From positions 1-34,238 of the forward strand of contig CAZMKB010000004.1 of assembly GCA_964566685.1 (NCBI GenBank): 34,238 bases of DNA, read 5' to 3'. The DNA comes from an uncultured Gemmatimonadota bacterium (lineage in GTDB: Bacteria > Gemmatimonadota > CAZMKB01). The notes beneath the pieces are model-generated. The model searched no databases, had not been told where the DNA came from, and saw only the letters and a list, made by a program, of their open reading frames with translations. Every line of letters starts with the position of its first letter. The stretch's first letter is position 1. Shown here one piece after another: positions 1-8,123 of the stretch. A program made the translations under genes and the position numbers.

Positions 1-217
1 CAGAGCAAGTTAAATTGCCAAAATCAGGGATAGAACTTTTGAGACGCTGCACTAGATCCTCTCTCGTGTTGTCTCGAAGAGCGCATCCTCCGGAACCCTG
101 ATCGGTTCCCCCCCGCGCACCTCTCCGCAGCGAACCGAAGCATGCGGTCCCGTGCCGATGCCCGAAACTAACTCGGCGCCGCGGTTATTGATCCTCTGTT
201 TTCAACGCAGCGCCTCG

Positions 218-246
218 TTGACAGGCCTTTCCGGAGACGGTAAATT
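218..246 (+). promoter_or_regulatory. sigma70-type promoter candidate for the M6 peptidase gene
   Basis: TTGACA (218-223), 17-nt spacer, TAAATT (241-246), about 85 nt upstream of ATG 331. Motif-only call. Confidence 0.5.
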
Positions 247-330
247 GGAGTAAAGATCGAGGGCCCCTGTTCATGCCCGGGACCGCCGCGGCCCTGTTCC
301 TGAAGGGGACCGCTCCAAAAGGAGGATTCC

Positions 331-3093
331 ATGATACCCGCCCCATCCCGCACCCTGATGTTTTTCGTCTCTGCCGCACTCTTCTTCTCCCTGGCCGGAA
401 CCGCGCTGTCGATAGTACCTCCCCGCCGTTCCGGCGTCACGCTCCCGGTTCCCCGGAGTGCGCTCGAAGCGCAGGGGGTCGGCATGCCGGCACCCGTTCC
501 CGGGAGGTTCCTGGTGACGGACGGCGAAGGAAACCGGACGGTCAGGATCGAGGGGGTGTACCCGGTGCCGGTGCTGCTCGGCGAGTACTCGAACACCACC
601 GGAACTTACAGCAGCGCGGAATTCCAGACCATGCTCTTCGATGGTCCCTTTCCGACGGGTACGATGAAGGAGTACTACGAGGAGAACTCCTACGGCCTCT
701 TCACGCTCGAGGGCACCGTTTTCGGATGGTACGGGATGCCCGGCTCGAGCGGGTACTACGAGGGAGGCGACAACGGCTTCGGAACGGATTTTCCCACCAA
801 CGCCGGCGGGTTCGTGTACGACCTGGCGGCAGCCTCGGATCCCGACGTGGACTACGGCCTGTACGACAACGACGGCCCCGACGGCATGCCGAATTCCGGC
901 GACGACGACGGAGTGGTGGATGCGTTTTTCGCCGTTCACACCGGAAACGGCGGCGAGTGCGGCGGGACGGGCATCTGGTCCCACCGCTGGAGAGTGTCGT
1001 CCGCCGGGGGGCCTCCCGGAGGCTACGAGACCGACGACCCGGCGGCCGGCGGCGGGTTCATCCACGTGAACGACTACATCATCATGCCCGAGCTCGACTG
1101 CAGCGCGAACGAGATGAACGCCATCGGGGTGTTCTGTCACGAGTTCGGTCACTCCCTCGGGCTTCCCGACCTGTACGACGGAGACGGCTCTTCGGAAGGC
1201 ATCGGCGGGTGGGGCCTCATGGGCTCGGGTTCCTGGGGCGGCGACCAGGCCCACCCGGAGCTCCCGGTCCACTTCACTCCCTGGAGCAAGGAGCGGCTCG
1301 GCTGGATCGAGCCGTTCGAGCTCGGGCAGAACACGGATGTGGTGTCTCTGCCGAGGGTCGAGGACTCTCCCACCGTGGTCAGGGTCTGGAAGGACGGCGA
1401 CTACACGGGCACGGAGTACTTTCTCGTCGAGAACAGGCAGAAGGTCGGCTTCGACGCAAGCCTGATCAGGCCCGGAATCCTGATCTGGCACGTCGACAAC
1501 GACCGTCCCCACAACAACGACGAAACGCACAAACTGGTCGACCTCGAGGAAGCCGACGGTACGAACGGCCTCGACAATTCCGGCAACAGGGGTGACGCCG
1601 GGGATCCCTGGCCGGGCAGCACAGGCAACCGGCGCTTCGACTGGGACTCCCGCCCCGACAGCTACTCCTACTACGGATACCGGACCGAGGTCTCCGTGGT
1701 CGACATCGGCGACCCCGACTCGCTCATGACCGTTCGCTTCACCGTCCGTTCAGCGGTCATCGACTCGATCTCCTGGAACACCGACGACCCCGGCGGTGAC
1801 GGCGACGGAGTCTGGGACATCGGGGAGACGCTGGCGGTGGACTTCACGGTCGAGAACGACAGCCAGACTCCGGCCGAGAGCCTCTGGGCCGTTCTCGAGA
1901 GCGACGATCCCATGGTGACCGTCGACACGGACAGCGTCTTCCTGGGAACCCTCGAGGGAAGTTCCTGGATCGGGAACGGGGGCGAACCGTTTCTCGTCAC
2001 CGCGCTGCCCGAGTCGGAGGTCCACAGGACGACGCTCCGCCTGACGCTCTCCGGGAACGAGTTCTTCTCCTGGAGCAGCTCGATGGACATCATGATCGGG
2101 CATCCGTCGGTACTCCTCGTGGACGACTCGGAGGAAGGATCGGGGATCCTCGACTACTATGCCGCCTCCCTCGATTCTCTCTCCGTCCCGTTCATTTCCC
2201 GCACGGTCTCCCTCGAAGGGAGCGCGGCCGACACCCTCGAGCCGTTCGACCTCGTCATCTGGTTCTCCGGGAGGGAAACGGAGGACATACTCGACTCGCT
2301 GGATCTCCTGGCGCTCGAGGGACACCTGGAGCGGGGCGGCCGCCTGCTCCTCTCGGGACAGAACATCGCCGAGGATCTCGCGGCCAGGGAGGATCCTTTC
2401 CTCGGTGAGATACTCGGGGTGGCCGGCTGGGGCGGAACGGCAACGCTCCCGTTCGCCTACGGGATAGACGGCGATCCGGTCACCGGCGAGATCGAGGTGA
2501 TCGTGTCGGCGGGGCCGAAGGGGGCAAACAATCAGACCTCGAAGGACATCCTGGAACCGGTGTTCGAGGATCTGGTCATGGCCTCGTACGACTCGACCGA
2601 TCCGGGACAGGCCGCCGCCACGCGGAACGAGTTCCCGGAATACGGCGCGAAGGTCATCTTCCTCGGTTTCGGCTTCGAAGCGGTGAACCGGCCCTCCGGC
2701 GATCCGCTCCACACGACCCGTCTCGAATTCATGGAAAAGATGCTGGCCTGGCTCGAGACCCCCGTGGGAGTGGAGGACGCCGGAGAGAGCGGCGGACATG
2801 TTCCGCGGATCGTGTCGCTCGGCCAGAACTACCCGAATCCGTTCAATCCCAGCACGACGATCTCGTTCGAAATCCCCGCCGCCGACCGGGAAACCAGGAC
2901 CCGGCTCGTCATCTACAACATCCGGGGAACCCGTGTGCGTTCACTCGTCGACCGGATCCTCTCTCCCGGTCTCCACCGGGTGGTCTGGGACGGGAGGGAT
3001 GATCGCGGGACGGCCGTGTCCTCGGGCATCTACTTCTGCCGTATCGCTCACGGCGAAACCAGCATCACCCGGAAGATGTTGCTTCTCGAGTAA
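331..3093 (+). CDS. Secreted M6-family (immune inhibitor A-like) zinc metallopeptidase with C-terminal T9SS/FlgD-like sorting domain
   Basis: ATG 331 is preceded by AAAGGAGGA (317-325). Hydrophobic N-terminal signal (MFFVSAALFFSLAGTALS). HEFGHSLGLPDLYD zinc-binding HExxH motif. The last ~90 aa (NYPNPFNPSTTISFEIP...GIYFCRI...KMLLLE) look like Por/T9SS type-A C-terminal domains. TAA stop. Confidence 0.85.
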   Translation: MIPAPSRTLMFFVSAALFFSLAGTALSIVPPRRSGVTLPVPRSALEAQGVGMPAPVPGRFLVTDGEGNRTVRIEGVYPVPVLLGEYSNTTGTYSSAEFQTMLFDGPFPTGTMKEYYEENSYGLFTLEGTVFGWYGMPGSSGYYEGGDNGFGTDFPTNAGGFVYDLAAASDPDVDYGLYDNDGPDGMPNSGDDDGVVDAFFAVHTGNGGECGGTGIWSHRWRVSSAGGPPGGYETDDPAAGGGFIHVNDYIIMPELDCSANEMNAIGVFCHEFGHSLGLPDLYDGDGSSEGIGGWGLMGSGSWGGDQAHPELPVHFTPWSKERLGWIEPFELGQNTDVVSLPRVEDSPTVVRVWKDGDYTGTEYFLVENRQKVGFDASLIRPGILIWHVDNDRPHNNDETHKLVDLEEADGTNGLDNSGNRGDAGDPWPGSTGNRRFDWDSRPDSYSYYGYRTEVSVVDIGDPDSLMTVRFTVRSAVIDSISWNTDDPGGDGDGVWDIGETLAVDFTVENDSQTPAESLWAVLESDDPMVTVDTDSVFLGTLEGSSWIGNGGEPFLVTALPESEVHRTTLRLTLSGNEFFSWSSSMDIMIGHPSVLLVDDSEEGSGILDYYAASLDSLSVPFISRTVSLEGSAADTLEPFDLVIWFSGRETEDILDSLDLLALEGHLERGGRLLLSGQNIAEDLAAREDPFLGEILGVAGWGGTATLPFAYGIDGDPVTGEIEVIVSAGPKGANNQTSKDILEPVFEDLVMASYDSTDPGQAAATRNEFPEYGAKVIFLGFGFEAVNRPSGDPLHTTRLEFMEKMLAWLETPVGVEDAGESGGHVPRIVSLGQNYPNPFNPSTTISFEIPAADRETRTRLVIYNIRGTRVRSLVDRILSPGLHRVVWDGRDDRGTAVSSGIYFCRIAHGETSITRKMLLLE

Positions 3094-3180
3094 CCTGCCA
3101 GCTGATGATCGTGCGTCCTGCCTGCGCGGGGAAGTGGCCACGGGAGCCAGTGAAGCGATTCGACATCGGAGGGAAGAGGT

Positions 3181-4287
3181 ATGGAAGAAGGCGGAGAACA
3201 GAAAAAGACACCGCTCTATGACGTGCACCGGGAGCTCGGCGGGAAGATGGTTCCCTTCGCCGGCTACAGTCTTCCGGTCTCCTACAGCGGCATCCTCGAC
3301 GAGCACCGGGCGGTGAGAGAACGGGTGGGGCTCTTCGATGTCTCCCATATGGGAAGGATCGAAGTGCTCGGGGACGGAGCCTCTTCGTACCTCGATTACA
3401 TCACGACGAACAGCGTGCCGGCGCTCGATCCCGGGCAGGCACAGTATTCAGCGATGCTGAACGACGAAGGTGGCATCATCGATGACATCCTGGTCTACCG
3501 CGAGAGCGACCGGTATCTGGTGGTGGTGAACGCCGCCAACCACCGGAAGGACTTCCGCTGGATGGATCGGCACCTGTCCGGGGGCGTCTCTCTCGTGGAC
3601 GTGACCGGGGAAATCGCCCAGATCGCTCTCCAGGGCCCGGCGTCACAGGAGATTCTCGCGAAGCTCACCGATCTCGACCTCGACGGAATCCGCTACTACT
3701 GGTTCACCCGCGGCCGGGTGGCCGGCGCCGGCTGCCTCGTCGCCCGGACCGGTTACACCGGCGAAGACGGCTTCGAGCTCTACGTCCCGGCCCGGCGCGC
3801 ACCGGATATCTGGCGGGAGATCATGGAAGCGGGAAGGGACAGGGAAATATTCCCCTGCGGCCTGGGTTGCCGTGACACGCTCCGGCTCGAGATGCGCTAC
3901 TGCCTGTACGGAAACGACATCGACGAGACGACCACCCCGCTCGAAGCCGGTCTCAGGTGGATCACCAAGCTCGACAAGGGGGAGTTCGTCGGCCGCGAGG
4001 CGCTGGTCCGGCAGCTCGAGTCGGGCATCTGCCGGCGGCTCGCGGGATTCGAGATGACGGGGCGCGGAATCCCCCGCCCCGGATACCCGGTGTACTGCGA
4101 AGGAGAGGAAGTCTCCCGCGTGGCCAGCGGCACGAGCTCGCCGTCGCTCGGAAAAGGCATCGGGACTGCCTACCTCCCCGTGGACTGCGCCTCGGTCGGG
4201 CAGACCATCGAGATCGGAATCAGGGGGAAGCGGCAGCAGGCGACAGTGGTGAAACCGCCCTTCTACACCGAAGGCAGCCACCGCTAG
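3181..4287 (+). CDS. gcvT: Glycine cleavage system T protein (aminomethyltransferase)
   Basis: KTPLYDVHRELGGKMVPFAGYSLPVSY...GLFDVSHMGRIEV...ARTGYTGEDGFELY are classic GcvT signatures. SD GGAGGGAAGAGG lies just upstream of ATG 3181. TAG stop. Confidence 0.95.
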   Translation: MEEGGEQKKTPLYDVHRELGGKMVPFAGYSLPVSYSGILDEHRAVRERVGLFDVSHMGRIEVLGDGASSYLDYITTNSVPALDPGQAQYSAMLNDEGGIIDDILVYRESDRYLVVVNAANHRKDFRWMDRHLSGGVSLVDVTGEIAQIALQGPASQEILAKLTDLDLDGIRYYWFTRGRVAGAGCLVARTGYTGEDGFELYVPARRAPDIWREIMEAGRDREIFPCGLGCRDTLRLEMRYCLYGNDIDETTTPLEAGLRWITKLDKGEFVGREALVRQLESGICRRLAGFEMTGRGIPRPGYPVYCEGEEVSRVASGTSSPSLGKGIGTAYLPVDCASVGQTIEIGIRGKRQQATVVKPPFYTEGSHR

Positions 4288-4306
4288 CCCTCCTGCCTGC
4301 CCCGCC

Positions 4307-4335
4307 TTGACACCTTCCGGCCATCTCATTAGAAT
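4307..4335 (+). promoter_or_regulatory. sigma70-type promoter candidate for the bEBP gene
   Basis: TTGACA (4307-4312), 17-nt spacer, TAGAAT (4330-4335), about 90 nt upstream of ATG 4427. Confidence 0.55.
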
Positions 4336-4426
4336 ATAAGAGGAAGGCTGCCAATATGGCAGGCCGCGGCCTGTCGTACGATGAATAATACGGGCTCAGA
4401 ACATTTGTGGGTGAGGAGGGCAGCAC

Positions 4427-5944
4427 ATGGTGGAAGAGAACGGCCATCTCATCGTCATCAGCCATCACGATCCGGCAGTCGCCCGCCGGATCAGGGATAT
4501 CCTCGGGGAGCGGGGGATTCCCGCCCAGCTCCTGTCCGGAATCGAAGAGCTCGGTCACCACCTGCTCGGGGAGGAGTGCGACCTGGTGATCCTCTCGGGC
4601 GGTCTCCGGGACGAACCAGTCAGGAAGATTCTCAAGAAATTCCGCCGCAGCTCCTTCCGCGGGGCTGTCATCGGGTTCTGGGAGTCAGGATCCATGGAGG
4701 AGGAGGAGCGGCTCGAGCAGCTCGGTGTCGACGAGGTTCTCACGAAGCCCCCCGACCCGAGGGAGGTATTTCTCGTCTCGAAACGGCTCCTCGAGCGGGA
4801 GGACCTCATCCAGCTCACCGGTCTCATCGGAACTTCCCGGGTGATGACCGAGCTCCTCGAAAAGGTCGAGCGATTCGCCCCGGTCAACTCCACGGTCCTG
4901 ATCACCGGAGAGAGCGGGACCGGAAAGGAGCTCGTCGCGAAAGCGCTTCACCGGCTGAGCCCCCGCAGTCACAAACCCTTCATCGCGGTGAACTGCGCCG
5001 CCCTGCCGGAGAGCCTCCTCGAGTCGGAACTCTTCGGGCATGAGAAGGGAGCGTTCACCGGTGCCACCGCCCTCCGGAAGGGGCGGTTCGAGATCGCTCA
5101 CGGCGGGACACTCTTTCTGGATGAGATCGGGGAGATGTCTCTCTCGACGCAGGTCCACCTGCTGAGGGTCCTCGAGGAGCGCGAGCTCATGCGTGTGGGG
5201 GGATCCACACCGATACCCGTCGACGTTCGGGTCGTCGTCGCCACGAACAGGGATATTCGTGAAGAGGTCTCCGCCGGGCGTTTCAGGCGCGACCTGTACT
5301 ACCGGATCAAGGTCCTGATGATCGACGTCCCGCCGCTCCGGGAACGCAGGGAGGACATCCCGCTCCTGGTGAACAAGTTCGTGCGTGAGTTCTGCGAGGA
5401 GAACAGGAGGAGCTTCGCCGGCCTGACCGACGAGGCGCTCGAAGTCCTGGTCAACTATGACTGGCCGGGCAATGTGCGCGAGCTCAGAAATCTGATCGAG
5501 AGCATGCTCGTTCTCTCGCCGGATCACAAGATCAAGCCGTCGGACATTCCCGAGCACATCTTCAAGCGGGGCGATCCCCGGCGGCTCCTGCCCATGCAGG
5601 TCCTCCCCGAGATTCCCGAAGGCAGGAGATTCGAGGCCATTCTCAACGCGCTCCTCGAGATCAAGCACGACGTCGACGAGATCAAGGAAGCCATGCCGGT
5701 GAGGAAGGCCGGCGAGGTCGTTCCGGAATCGGAGGATCGGGAGTTTCCCGGCGGAGAGCCGCGATACCGGGAAGGCGACGGTTACATCAAAATCGTGCCG
5801 GGAACGCCGCTCGAAGAGGTCGAGAAGATCCTCATCGAGGCGACTCTCGACATGGTCGGAGGAAACAGGAGAATGGCATCCGAATTGCTCGGTATCGGAG
5901 AGCGGACTCTCTACCGGAAGATCAAGAACCATCAGCTCACCTGA
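4427..5944 (+). CDS. Sigma54-dependent transcriptional activator (NtrC-family bEBP) with degenerate N-terminal receiver-like domain and C-terminal Fis-type HTH
   Basis: SD GTGAGGAGGG (4411-4420). AAA+ Walker A GESGTGKE, Walker B TLFLDEIGE, sigma54-contact loop GAFTGA, RRDLYYRI arginine-finger region, C-terminal HTH NRRMASELLGIGERTLYRKI. The N-terminal ~120 aa has a CheY-like pattern but lacks the acidic pocket (see findings). Confidence 0.93.
   Translation: MVEENGHLIVISHHDPAVARRIRDILGERGIPAQLLSGIEELGHHLLGEECDLVILSGGLRDEPVRKILKKFRRSSFRGAVIGFWESGSMEEEERLEQLGVDEVLTKPPDPREVFLVSKRLLEREDLIQLTGLIGTSRVMTELLEKVERFAPVNSTVLITGESGTGKELVAKALHRLSPRSHKPFIAVNCAALPESLLESELFGHEKGAFTGATALRKGRFEIAHGGTLFLDEIGEMSLSTQVHLLRVLEERELMRVGGSTPIPVDVRVVVATNRDIREEVSAGRFRRDLYYRIKVLMIDVPPLRERREDIPLLVNKFVREFCEENRRSFAGLTDEALEVLVNYDWPGNVRELRNLIESMLVLSPDHKIKPSDIPEHIFKRGDPRRLLPMQVLPEIPEGRRFEAILNALLEIKHDVDEIKEAMPVRKAGEVVPESEDREFPGGEPRYREGDGYIKIVPGTPLEEVEKILIEATLDMVGGNRRMASELLGIGERTLYRKIKNHQLT
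5874..5889 (+). promoter_or_regulatory. sigma54-type -24/-12 promoter candidate (TGGCAT-N5-TTGCT) upstream of the FG-GAP gene
   Basis: TGGCAT (5874-5879), ccgaa, TTGCT (5885-5889), with GG/GC spacing as in the RpoN consensus TGGCAC-N5-TTGCW. Lies inside the 3' end of the bEBP gene, 64 nt before ATG 5953. Confidence 0.45.
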
Positions 5945-5952
5945 GACGAATC

Positions 5953-7428
5953 ATGAATCACCTCCTCCGCATAGCATTGCCCGTCACGTGGACACTGGTT
6001 CCGCTTTCCGTGCTCACAGCCCAGCTGCCCGGGTTTTCGAGAGCCGATCTGGAGACGAGAGAGGACCCGACCTGGGCGGAGCTCGTCGACCTCGACCACG
6101 ACGACATTCCGGATCTCGTCGTCAGCAACTCGATGAATTTCAGCGAGTACATAACGGTCTTCCTCGCCGACTCGGCGGGTTCGTTCACGCTCTCCGATGA
6201 CTACCTGATCCCCCGGGGTAACGGCGTGCGAAGCTTTTCCACCGGTGACTTCGACGAAGACGGTCATGTCGACGTCCTGGTGCCCTGCTGGCTGTCGGAT
6301 CAGGTGTTCCTGTTCCGGGGCGACGGTGAGGGCGGGCTCGGCGTGCCGGAGGAAATCTGGGCCGGACTCAATCCCGATCCGGTCACCGTCGGCGACTTCA
6401 ACGACGACGGCCACCTCGATTTTGCCGCCTCGAGCTGGATCACGGGATACGTGAATGTCATGCTGGGCACCGGCGACGGGACCTTCCTGGGCCCCGATCC
6501 CTACGACGTGCGGGGAGGGCCGAACTATTCGTGTGTGGATGACTTCAACGAAGACGGAATCGCCGACATCGCAGTCGCCAACTCGACGTTCAATGACGTG
6601 GCGCTGCTCGAGGGCAGGGGAGACGGGACGTTTCTCATCGGGGAAACCTTCGATGTCCTCTACGACGCCTACATGCCCGCTCCCGGCGATTTCAACGAGG
6701 ACGGCCACACCGACATCGCGTGTGCGACCCACCGCTCTCTCTCCATCCTGCACGGGGACGGAAACGGCGGCTTCGAGCGGGTGCAGGATTTCGTGACCGT
6801 CTCCCAGTTCAAGTGGGTGAGGGTAGGTGATTTCAACGAGGACAGGCATGATGACATCGCGCTCTGTATCAGGGAGTATTCGAACGTGGTCATCCTCGAG
6901 GGAAACGGAACGGGGCTGTTCGGCTCGCTCCTGCCGCTTCCGGTCGGCACCAGTCCGCAGTCGCTCGTCATCTCGGACGTTGACCTCGACGGTCACGATG
7001 ACCTGGTCACCGCAGGCGGAGATCCGGGAAGCGTGACCTTTCTCGGAAATGACATGGACGAGAGCCTGACGCTGGAAGTTCCCGACAGAGTAACGGCGGT
7101 GAGGGGAGACACGGGTTTCCTGAACGCCACCCTGGACATCCGGAACCGGAACGACTCGGCGGTCTCCTGTGACCTCTGGCTCACGATTTCGGAAAACGGG
7201 ACGGGAGAGAGGTTCGTCTCGCTCGAACACATCAACTGGCCGGCGAACCCGTTCCCCCTCGCGCTCGATCCGCACGAAACCCTGTCGCTCGGCCTGGCAG
7301 CGGTGACACCGCTCGACTCCGTGTCGGGGAATTACGTTCTCAGGCTGAGGCTGGGGCTCTATCCGGAAACGCTCTACTCCGCGGACTGTTTCGACGTCGT
7401 TCTCCCCACCCATGGCGGGATCGACTGA
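5953..7428 (+). CDS. Secreted FG-GAP/VCBS-repeat protein (predicted 7-bladed beta-propeller) with C-terminal Ig-like region
   Basis: Signal-like N-terminus MNHLLRIALPVTWTLVPLSVLTAQ. Seven Ca-binding-type repeats (DLDHDDIPDLVV, GDFDEDGHVDVLV, GDFNDDGHLDFAA, DDFNEDGIADIAV, GDFNEDGHTDIAC, GDFNEDRHDDIAL, SDVDLDGHDDLVT), mostly at a 147-nt (49-aa) period. Starts 8 nt after the bEBP stop. Confidence 0.85.
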   Translation: MNHLLRIALPVTWTLVPLSVLTAQLPGFSRADLETREDPTWAELVDLDHDDIPDLVVSNSMNFSEYITVFLADSAGSFTLSDDYLIPRGNGVRSFSTGDFDEDGHVDVLVPCWLSDQVFLFRGDGEGGLGVPEEIWAGLNPDPVTVGDFNDDGHLDFAASSWITGYVNVMLGTGDGTFLGPDPYDVRGGPNYSCVDDFNEDGIADIAVANSTFNDVALLEGRGDGTFLIGETFDVLYDAYMPAPGDFNEDGHTDIACATHRSLSILHGDGNGGFERVQDFVTVSQFKWVRVGDFNEDRHDDIALCIREYSNVVILEGNGTGLFGSLLPLPVGTSPQSLVISDVDLDGHDDLVTAGGDPGSVTFLGNDMDESLTLEVPDRVTAVRGDTGFLNATLDIRNRNDSAVSCDLWLTISENGTGERFVSLEHINWPANPFPLALDPHETLSLGLAAVTPLDSVSGNYVLRLRLGLYPETLYSADCFDVVLPTHGGID

Positions 7429-7494
7429 CAGGGGAGGGGTCGGTAGGCGTGAACATGTACATCGATCGCATCAAAGGAGGCTTTTCATGGTAAC

Positions 7495-7524
7495 TTGACA
7501 CCGGGACGCGCCTCGTGGTATTCT
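7495..7524 (+). promoter_or_regulatory. sigma70-type promoter candidate for the 7599 gene
   Basis: TTGACA (7495-7500), 18-nt spacer ending in TGG, TATTCT (7519-7524), about 75 nt upstream of GTG 7599. Confidence 0.45.
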
Positions 7525-7598
7525 CCTCCACGCCCGGATACTCCGAGATAGCCCGGCTGTGAGACTGACATTACCCGTCCCCGAAAGGAGAAACCGAC

Positions 7599-8099
7599 GT
7601 GAAGAGTTCTGAAAGGGAAGCGATCTGCCGGGCTGTCCGTCCGGCGGCGATTGGCCTCCTTACCCTGATTTGCTGGGGATCTGTCGCCCACGCATCGGAT
7701 TCCGGAGTGACGAAGGACCGATGGTTCATATTCTCGGGGAAGAAACCGGACGGTACGTACGTGGAAAAATGTCTTCTCGTCAACGAGGTGCTCAGGGATG
7801 ACTACGGTCCGGGTACGACAAAACGTGATATGCTGATCGAAGCGGAAGACGGGCAGTCATTCAGAAAAATGGGGACGTATCCGCCTTCTCGCTGGGAACG
7901 GAAGAGGAAACCAACCAGAAAGTACGATTGTGCGGGGCTCGTCTTCGATGAACTCTGGGACAAAGACAAGAAACCCGACGAACCCGGAAAGTACGCTTTC
8001 AAGATAGGGGCGGACAGGTTCTACAAGACCATCATCAAGGAATTCGGAACCGAGGTCGGGAAATTTGACTACATCAACAAAAGCGATGTGGTTGTCTAG
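7599..8099 (+). CDS. Orphan secreted protein, N-terminal part of an amber-interrupted gene; weak NlpC/P60-like Cys motif
   Basis: GTG 7599 with SD AAAGGAG (7584-7590). Signal-like AAIGLLTLICWGSVAHA. YDCAGLV motif (Cys codon 7929-7931). Ends at TAG 8097-8099, and the same frame continues open into the next ORF. Confidence 0.6.
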   Translation: MKSSEREAICRAVRPAAIGLLTLICWGSVAHASDSGVTKDRWFIFSGKKPDGTYVEKCLLVNEVLRDDYGPGTTKRDMLIEAEDGQSFRKMGTYPPSRWERKRKPTRKYDCAGLVFDELWDKDKKPDEPGKYAFKIGADRFYKTIIKEFGTEVGKFDYINKSDVVV

Positions 8100-8123
8100 A
8101 TCAAAGACGGGTCCGCAAAACAC

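Noticed and set aside
1-217. A possible 3' end of an upstream gene or a structured RNA at the window edge: short stems such as GGAACC-N6-GGTTCC, and frame-3 open to ~100.
   Set aside because: Only 10-33 codons are available in any frame with no recognisable motif. The stems are short and not followed by U-tracts. There is not enough evidence to call anything.
3094-3180. A possible glycine riboswitch upstream of gcvT.
   Set aside because: The intergenic leader is only 87 nt and I see none of the conserved glycine-aptamer core. It is too short for even a single aptamer plus expression platform.
7473-7498. A three-codon mini-ORF (ATG GTA ACT TGA, 7487-7498) preceded by a perfect SD AAAGGAGG (7473-7480). 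Its stop overlaps the -35 box at 7495.
   Set aside because: It is too short to evaluate, lies in the 3' region of the FG-GAP transcript, and may be chance. Nothing in the sequence itself supports a leader-peptide function.
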